A stretch of 11,455 nt of DNA, taken from contig JAEOSI010000052.1 of the NCBI GenBank assembly GCA_016840425.1, forward strand, positions 1 to 11,455. Reading direction: 5' to 3'. The translations under genes were made by a program, and so were the position numbers. Below the pieces are notes generated by a model, which was given only the letters and a program-made list of their open reading frames with translations, ran no database searches and was not told where the DNA came from. Every line of letters begins with the position of its first letter. Position 1 is the stretch's first letter. This document shows, in pieces, positions 5,501 through 11,455 of the stretch. The DNA is from Candidatus Wukongarchaeum yapensis (lineage in GTDB: Archaea; Asgardarchaeota; Wukongarchaeia; Wukongarchaeales; Wukongarchaeaceae).

Positions 5501-5909
5501 TATGGGAATAGTATATATGCAAAGACTACATCACCTTGTAGCAGACAAAATACATGCAAGGCCAAGGGGCCCTATACAGATACTTACAAGACAACCAACA
5601 GAAGGAAGAGCAAGAGAAGGAGGACTGAGATTTGGAGAAATGGAAAGAGACTGCCTAATAGGCCATGGAGCAGCATTACTATTAAAGGAAAGATTATTGG
5701 AGGGAAGTGATAAAGTAGAGGCACTAATATGTGAAAAATGTGGACTTCTAGCAGTTTATGATAGGAGTAGAGATCGATATTATTGCCCGGTATGTGATAT
5801 AGGGGCAAAAATAGCAAATATAGAAATTAGCTATGCGTTTAAGCTTCTCCTACAAGAACTTATGAGTTTAGGAATAGCGCCTAGACTAAGATTAAAAGAA
5901 AAAGCATGA
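2583..5909 (+). CDS. rpoB: DNA-directed RNA polymerase subunit B (Rpo2), unsplit, 1108 aa
   Basis: Hallmark motifs are GDKFASRHGQKGV and NPHAMPSRMTVGQL, plus the C-terminal Zn ribbon CEKCG...CPVCD. Length and operon position are typical. Confidence 0.97.
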   Translation: MRTKNEVWDILNVMLNDTGLVKQQLDSFDDFITHGMQEIVKEVGKIEPDIEGFMIRLDRIEIEEPKIREADGATRPIYPMEARIRNLTYGAPVYLYMTPVYEQNGIQTQEEQVRVYIGMMPIMLRSKKCITSNMPPSKLIKIGEDPKDPGGYFIISGSERVLVTQEDLAPNKILVENVGGVSNITSRAKVLSTAGGVRTPLTIERKKDGTISVNAPGLPQKIPLIIHLRALGLETDKEITEAIGLNPDIQKELLPSIEESMEVSDGEEALDYIGRRVAIGQTQEYRIKRAENVLNRYLLPHLGTTSESKLKKARFIGIMTRSIIELYLGIREEDDKDHYSNKRLRLAGDLLKILFRVAFNSLCRDIKYQTERASIRGKTPNLKTAVRADVITDRISHALATGNWVGGKTGVSQLLDRTNYISMLSHLRRVVSPLSRNQPHFQARDLHPTQWGKICPNETPEGPNCGLVKNLALMAHISQGTDEKRVLQILVERGMEPLERLEYPEGKTCVYLNGTLVGTHEKPEQLINEIRKSRRREEISQEINIAYHPKEKEVIVNCDSGRVRRPLVTIEDGKNLLEEKHIEMIRKGKLQWKDLIASAIIEYLDAEEEENAYIAVMPNEITKEHTHVEISPAFILGVSASLIPFAEHNQSPRNTYEAGMAKQALGLYAPNYRIRVDTRAHLLHYSQTPIVRTQTIDLIGYDKRAAGQNFVVAVLSYEGYNIEDALVINKASIERGLARSTFFRTYDAEERKYPGGQEDRFEIPTKDIRGYRIPEAYRYLNEDGIIEPETEVIGGIVIIGRTSPPRFIEEYARFEIPTPNRRETSITMRHGEKGVVDAVILTETNEGNRLLKVKIRDDRKPTLGDKFASRHGQKGVIGQIASQEDMPFTEDGIVPDLIINPHAMPSRMTVGQLIESATGIAAAMEGKPADGTPFIGITIKEIEKTLKKHGYHPAGETTLYDGITGEKYPARIYMGIVYMQRLHHLVADKIHARPRGPIQILTRQPTEGRAREGGLRFGEMERDCLIGHGAALLLKERLLEGSDKVEALICEKCGLLAVYDRSRDRYYCPVCDIGAKIANIEISYAFKLLLQELMSLGIAPRLRLKEKA

Positions 5910-6003
5910 TCAAAGTAACCTTAGAAAAGAGAAAAATTAACTTTAAAGTTTTGATATTACGAAATTCAAGAAAAAAATAATAACGTTTAGGAGATAGTAA
6001 AAA

Positions 6004-8667
6004 ATGAGTTTAATGCCCACAAAGCAGGTTGAAGCGATTGAGTTCGGTCTCATGACACCAGACACTATTAGGAAAATGAGTGTAGCTAGAATAATTACAG
6101 CAGACACATATGATGAAGACGGATTACCGATTACAGGAGGCTTGATGGATGGGAGATTAGGCACAATAGAACCAGGACAAAGATGTAAAACATGCGGAAA
6201 TCGTGTCGGCGAATGCCCGGGGCATTTTGGGCATATTGAGTTAGCTAGACCCGTAATCCATGTAGGATATGCCAAATTAATTTATAAAATTCTTAGAGCG
6301 ACTTGCAGACAATGCAGTCGGTTAAAACTTTCTGAAGAAGAGAAAAAAGAACTTAGAAAAAGACTTCATAAAACCATGAAACTTTTCGGACAAACAGAAA
6401 CAAAAGTAGTAGATGAAGTACTAAAAAAAGCTAGAACAGAGACATGTCCCTATTGTGAAAGTAAACAAAACAAAATAAGGTTAGAAAAACCAACGACATT
6501 TTATGAAGAAACAGAAGAAGGTCCTAAAAAATTAGGCTCATTAGAGATCAGAGAATGGTTAGAAAAAATACATAACGAAGATTGCGAGCTTATGGGGATA
6601 AACCCAGAGAAAGCAAGGCCAGAATGGATGATTTGGACAGTTTTACCTGTCCCGCCAGTAGTAATAAGGCCAAGCATTACATTAGAATCAGGAGTGCGTA
6701 GCGAGGACGACTTGACTCATAAGCTTGTCGATATAATACGCATAAACCAAAAACTACGAGAAAACATAGAAGCAGGTGCACCTAGTTTAATCGTAGAAGA
6801 CTTATGGGAACTGTTACAGTATCATGCTACGACCTTGCTGGATAATGAAGTATCAGGAATACCTCCCGCACGACACAGATCAGGAAGAGCTCTACGTACA
6901 TTAACTCAACGATTAAAGGGAAAAGAAGGACGGTTTAGAAGCAATTTATCTGGCAAAAGAGTCGATTTTTCTGCAAGAACAGTTATTTCACCAGACCCTA
7001 ATTTGAGCATAAATGAGGTAGGAATTCCTGAAGAAATAGCAAAAATATTAACAGTTCCAGAAAAAGTTACAGACTGGAACATTGAAGCCTTAAAAAGGTT
7101 AGTTTTGGCAGGACCCGCTGAAGTTGAAGGTGTAAACTATGTTGTTCGCCCAGATGGTAGGAGGATAGATCTTCGCTTTGTTAGGGACAAACAAACCATT
7201 GCAGATTCCCTTGAACCCAAATATATCATTGAAAGACACATCAGGGACGGAGACCTTGTACTTTTTAATAGGCAACCATCCCTTCACAGAATGTCAATAA
7301 TGGCACACATGGCAAAAATAATGCCTCACAGAACATTTAGGTTAAACCTTTGTGTTTGCCCACCATATAATGCAGATTTTGATGGAGACGAAATGAACGC
7401 TCATATACCTCAAGGAGGAGAGGCAAAAGCAGAAGCATTAGAATTAATGCTAGTTCAAAAGCAGATTTTAAGCCCAAGATATGGGGGCCCCATTATAGGC
7501 GCTATTCAGGATTATATTACCTCAGCGTTTTTACTGAGCAAAAAAGACACATTTTTAAAGAAAAAAGAAGCATGTCAACTACTGTTAGCAGCAGGATATT
7601 CAGGCCCGCTACCGCCACCAGAAGTAGCGGAACCAGAACCTATGTGGTCGGGCAAACAAATTGTTAGTTTAATCATACCCAAAGGGCTAAATATGACTTT
7701 GAAAGCAAATAACTGTCGCCATTGTGAAACATGTAAAGAAGAAAATTGTCCTTACGATGCATATGTCAAGGTAAAGGACGGAAGGCTAATTTGCGGCATT
7801 TTAGATAGAAAGACATTAGGAGCCCAACAACCAAAAAATATGATACATAGAATAGTAAAAGAGTTTGGATCAGACGAAGCAAGAAGGTTCTTAGATTCTT
7901 TAGGAAAACTACTTATCGCTTTTATCAGTAGGCACGGTTTTAGTATGGGATTAAGAGATATAGCGGTACTCAAAGAGGCCCAAGAGAGAATTCGTGCCAT
8001 TATAGAAGAAAAAGAGAAAAAAGTCTTAGTGCTAATAAAATCTTTCGAAAAACGCGAATTGGAGCGATTACCAGGAAGAACAGAAGAAGAAACGCTGGAA
8101 ATGCAGATAAGGCAAGAATTATCAGATGCAAGAGATACCGCGGGAGAAGTCATTACTTCAGAATATCTTAATCCTAAAAATCCTATAGCAATAATGGCTA
8201 AAAGTGGTGCACGAGGTAGCGCTTTAAACTTAGCCCAGATGATCGCTTGCGTAGGACAACAATCAGTAAGAGGGGAAAGGATTTCACGAGGATACAAGAA
8301 CAGAACGTTGCCACATTTTAAACCAGGGGATATTGGATCAAAAGCAAGAGGATTTGTGGAATCAAGTTTTCGAAAAGGCCTTGCACCCATCGAGTTTTTC
8401 TTCCACGCAAGCGGCGGACGTGAAGGACTTGTTGATACAGCAGTTAGAACATCGACTTCAGGTTATATGCAACGACGGCTTATAAACGCATTACAAGATC
8501 TTAAAGCAGAATATGATGGAACAATAAGAAATGCTATAGGAGACATTATTCAGTTCAAATTCGGAGAAGATGGCATTGATCCTTCAAAATCAGATTATGG
8601 TAAAGCGGTAGATGTTGACATGATTATTGAAAACTTTGTCCTCACTAAGCGAAAGGAGAAGGTTTAA
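6004..8667 (+). CDS. rpoA1: DNA-directed RNA polymerase subunit A' (Rpo1N), 887 aa
   Basis: It has the N-terminal Zn motif CKTCGNRVGECPGHFGHIEL and the catalytic motif YNADFDGDEMNAH. AGGAG lies upstream of the ATG. Confidence 0.97.
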   Translation: MSLMPTKQVEAIEFGLMTPDTIRKMSVARIITADTYDEDGLPITGGLMDGRLGTIEPGQRCKTCGNRVGECPGHFGHIELARPVIHVGYAKLIYKILRATCRQCSRLKLSEEEKKELRKRLHKTMKLFGQTETKVVDEVLKKARTETCPYCESKQNKIRLEKPTTFYEETEEGPKKLGSLEIREWLEKIHNEDCELMGINPEKARPEWMIWTVLPVPPVVIRPSITLESGVRSEDDLTHKLVDIIRINQKLRENIEAGAPSLIVEDLWELLQYHATTLLDNEVSGIPPARHRSGRALRTLTQRLKGKEGRFRSNLSGKRVDFSARTVISPDPNLSINEVGIPEEIAKILTVPEKVTDWNIEALKRLVLAGPAEVEGVNYVVRPDGRRIDLRFVRDKQTIADSLEPKYIIERHIRDGDLVLFNRQPSLHRMSIMAHMAKIMPHRTFRLNLCVCPPYNADFDGDEMNAHIPQGGEAKAEALELMLVQKQILSPRYGGPIIGAIQDYITSAFLLSKKDTFLKKKEACQLLLAAGYSGPLPPPEVAEPEPMWSGKQIVSLIIPKGLNMTLKANNCRHCETCKEENCPYDAYVKVKDGRLICGILDRKTLGAQQPKNMIHRIVKEFGSDEARRFLDSLGKLLIAFISRHGFSMGLRDIAVLKEAQERIRAIIEEKEKKVLVLIKSFEKRELERLPGRTEEETLEMQIRQELSDARDTAGEVITSEYLNPKNPIAIMAKSGARGSALNLAQMIACVGQQSVRGERISRGYKNRTLPHFKPGDIGSKARGFVESSFRKGLAPIEFFFHASGGREGLVDTAVRTSTSGYMQRRLINALQDLKAEYDGTIRNAIGDIIQFKFGEDGIDPSKSDYGKAVDVDMIIENFVLTKRKEKV

Positions 8668-9882
<1,215 letters not shown>

Positions 9883-9894
9883 ACGGTGAAAAAA

Positions 9895-10203
9895 ATGCCG
9901 ATAGAGATTAACAATGCAATAAAAGTAGCAGTTCAAAGTGGAAAAGTAAAATTTGGGATAAAATCGGCTATAAAAGCAACAAGAACAGAAAATGCTAAAA
10001 TGATAATAATTGCAAAAAATTGTCAAAAAGAATTAGAAGAAAAGATAATTAGACGCGTAAAAGACACAAACATATTAACTTATACTTATGAAGGGTCAAG
10101 CTGGGAGCTTGGCACAGCGTGTCTAAGACCGCATACTGTAGAAGCCTTAACAATTATTGATCCAGGATCAAGTGATATATTAAAAATTAGTGAAGAAACA
10201 TGA
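9895..10203 (+). CDS. rpl30e: Ribosomal protein L30e (eL30), 102 aa from ATG 9895; the track ORF begins at GTG 9886
   Basis: The sequence ...AVQSGKVKFGIKSAIKA...AKMIIIAKNC...YEGSSWELGTAC... follows the L30e/L7Ae-fold pattern. ATG 9895 is preferred because GGTGA (9885-9889) sits at Shine-Dalgarno distance. Confidence 0.88.
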   Translation: MPIEINNAIKVAVQSGKVKFGIKSAIKATRTENAKMIIIAKNCQKELEEKIIRRVKDTNILTYTYEGSSWELGTACLRPHTVEALTIIDPGSSDILKISEET

Positions 10204-10673
10204 CCACAGATCAAAACAAAAGGAGACAAAAAAAGATGGCTTCAGGCGTAAAAATAACCAACGAAGAAATGCAAATGATGAATATATTCGAAACAACTAC
10301 AGGCGCCCATACAAAAGACTGTATAATAGACCAAAAACTCAATCGTATCATATTTATAGTAAAGGAAGGGGATATGGGACTTGCGCTCGGAAGACAAGGA
10401 AGTAATTTAAAACGAGTAAAAGAGTTACTTAAAAAGAATATCGATGTAGTAGAATACGCTGAAATCCCTGAGGAACTTGTAAAAAAAGCGTTGGCACCTG
10501 CCCGTATAAAAACGGTATCAATGACACAAAGAAAAGACGGGAGAAAAGTGGCAATAGTCACAGTAGACGCAAAAGACAGAGGTGTCGCGATAGGGAAAGG
10601 GGGGAGAAACGTCGAAAAAGCAAGAATAATTGCGCGAAGATACCTTGATATCCAAGACGTGATAATAACATAA
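10200..10673 (+). CDS. nusA: Archaeal NusA-like transcription termination/antitermination factor (two KH domains)
   Basis: There are two GXXG KH signatures (GRQGSNLKRV and GKGGRNVEKA), and the gene is in its conserved position after rpl30e. The ATG at 10200 overlaps the rpl30e stop as ATGA. An alternative start is ATG 10236, preceded by AGGAG (10221-10225). Confidence 0.85.
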   Translation: MTTDQNKRRQKKMASGVKITNEEMQMMNIFETTTGAHTKDCIIDQKLNRIIFIVKEGDMGLALGRQGSNLKRVKELLKKNIDVVEYAEIPEELVKKALAPARIKTVSMTQRKDGRKVAIVTVDAKDRGVAIGKGGRNVEKARIIARRYLDIQDVIIT

Positions 10674-10763
10674 AAAATGTCTTAATTCAAAATGGAAAGA
10701 AAAATAAAAAATACTACTAATAAAACTAAAAATTCAGCTAAATCAAAAAGGAGTAAAACTAAA

Positions 10764-11207
10764 ATGGGTAAAAACAAGGCGCCAAAAGGCATGTTTTCAG
10801 CAAGAAAATTAAAACAAGACAGGCAAAAAAGACGATGGAGTAATAGATACTATAAACGACGAATGTTAAAATTAGATGTTAAAGCTGACCCCCTCGGAGG
10901 CGCTCCACAAGCTCGAGGGATAGTGATTGAAAAAGTAGGCGTTGAAGCAAAACAACCAAACAGCGCCATAAGAAAATGTGTAAGAGTACAACTTATAAAA
11001 AACGGAAAACAAGTTACATCATTTGTTCCAGGCGATGGAGGACTATTATTTGTAGACGAACATGATGACGTAGTTATACAAGGAATAGGAGGAGCACGAG
11101 GTAGAAGTAAAGGAGACATACCAGGCGTACGTTACCAAGTAATAAAAGTAAATGACGTTTCACTAAACGCTATTATAACAGGGAAAAAAGAGAAACCAAT
11201 GAGATAA
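10764..11207 (+). CDS. rps12: Ribosomal protein S12 (uS12), 147 aa from ATG 10764
   Basis: It contains [15 protein letters not shown] and GDIPGVRY. The typical archaeal N-terminus [16 protein letters not shown] begins at 10764 and is preceded by AAGGAG (10749-10754). The track ORF start at 10692 would add a 24-aa Lys-rich extension that is probably not translated. Confidence 0.93.
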   Translation: MGKNKAPKGMFSARKLKQDRQKRRWSNRYYKRRMLKLDVKADPLGGAPQARGIVIEKVGVEAKQPNSAIRKCVRVQLIKNGKQVTSFVPGDGGLLFVDEHDDVVIQGIGGARGRSKGDIPGVRYQVIKVNDVSLNAIITGKKEKPMR

Positions 11208-11223
11208 AAAAACGAAATAAAAA

Positions 11224-11228
11224 TTTTT
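11224..11228 (+). terminator. Oligo-T tract downstream of rps12 (weak archaeal terminator candidate)
   Basis: TTTTT begins 17 nt after the rps12 stop codon. Judged by eye only. Confidence 0.25.
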
Positions 11229-11230
11229 AA

Positions 11231-11240
11231 CCTTTATATC
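11231..11240 (+). promoter_or_regulatory. Candidate TATA box (CCTTTATATC) for rps7
   Basis: It matches the archaeal TTTATATA-type consensus well. It lies about 75-85 nt upstream of the rps7 start codon, in the 107-nt rps12-rps7 spacer. Confidence 0.4.
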
Positions 11241-11314
11241 ATTTTACCAAAAAACCTCTAAAGAATACAAAAGAAGTAGTAAGAAACTGCAAAAACAAAA
11301 AGGAGCAGGTTTTT

Positions 11315-11455
11315 GTGACTAAAAAAACAACGGGAAAAACAAAAAGACGAGGAAGACCAAGAAAAAAAGAAGAAAAACAACAATCAAAAGAAAAAATTAC
11401 GTTCATACCCAAAATAATAACAATCCCAGACAAACCATTACTTTTCGACAAATGG
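11315..11455 (+). CDS. rps7: Ribosomal protein S7 (uS7), 5' partial, with a basic N-terminal extension
   Basis: My own translation from GTG 11315, with AGGAG at 11301-11305, gives MTKKTTGKTKRRGRPRKKEEKQQSKEKITFIPKIITIPDKPLLFDKW. It stays in frame to the window end. LLFDKW matches the conserved archaeal S7 N-terminal (K)LFGKW motif, and the gene order after rps12 is conserved. Confidence 0.7.
   Translation, partial: MTKKTTGKTKRRGRPRKKEEKQQSKEKITFIPKIITIPDKPLLFDKW

Noticed and set aside
10190-10405. Track ORF 10190..10405 (+), 71 aa and Lys/Arg-rich.
   Set aside because: It is an alternative frame across the rpl30e/nusA junction. Its composition is a by-product of A-rich sequence, and the overlapping frame encodes the conserved NusA KH protein.
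10692-10763. A 24-aa N-terminal extension of S12 ([24 protein letters not shown]) implied by the track ORF start.
   Set aside because: The canonical archaeal S12 N-terminus begins at ATG 10764, which has its own AAGGAG at Shine-Dalgarno distance. The upstream part is low-complexity and has no RBS.
11239-11451. Track ORF 11239..11451 (-), 70 aa.
   Set aside because: It is antisense to the rps7 5' region and its promoter and gives a hydrophobic low-complexity translation. The plus strand carries the conserved S7 motif and an RBS.

Overview
This is an AT-rich archaeal window; gene content and composition suggest a small-genome, DPANN-like lineage (inference). Bases 2583-11455 (+) carry the conserved archaeal RNA polymerase / ribosomal protein cluster: unsplit rpoB, rpoA', rpoA'', rpl30e, KH-type nusA, rps12 and the start of rps7. 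The usual upstream rpoH is missing. The left end (-) carries a two-gene membrane module. It consists of an 84-aa two-TM hairpin protein followed by a TM-anchored P-loop ATPase (Walker A GLTGYGKT) that runs off the window. The ATPase is missing from the ORF track because it starts with TTG and is truncated. Between these blocks are two GC-rich tRNA genes. One is tRNA-Lys(UUU), with an encoded CCA and a roughly 22-nt insertion in the D-loop. The standout is a 211-nt tRNA-Asp(GUC) gene (1813-2023). It folds into a canonical 75-nt cloverleaf only after five short insertions (23-29 nt) are removed. Each insertion has bulge-helix-bulge (BHB) geometry, and they lie at positions 7/8, 26/27, 38/39, 53/54 and 68/69. 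The gene is also enclosed by a 16-bp leader-trailer helix. All RNA structure calls were folded by hand from the sequence and need computational and RNA-level confirmation.
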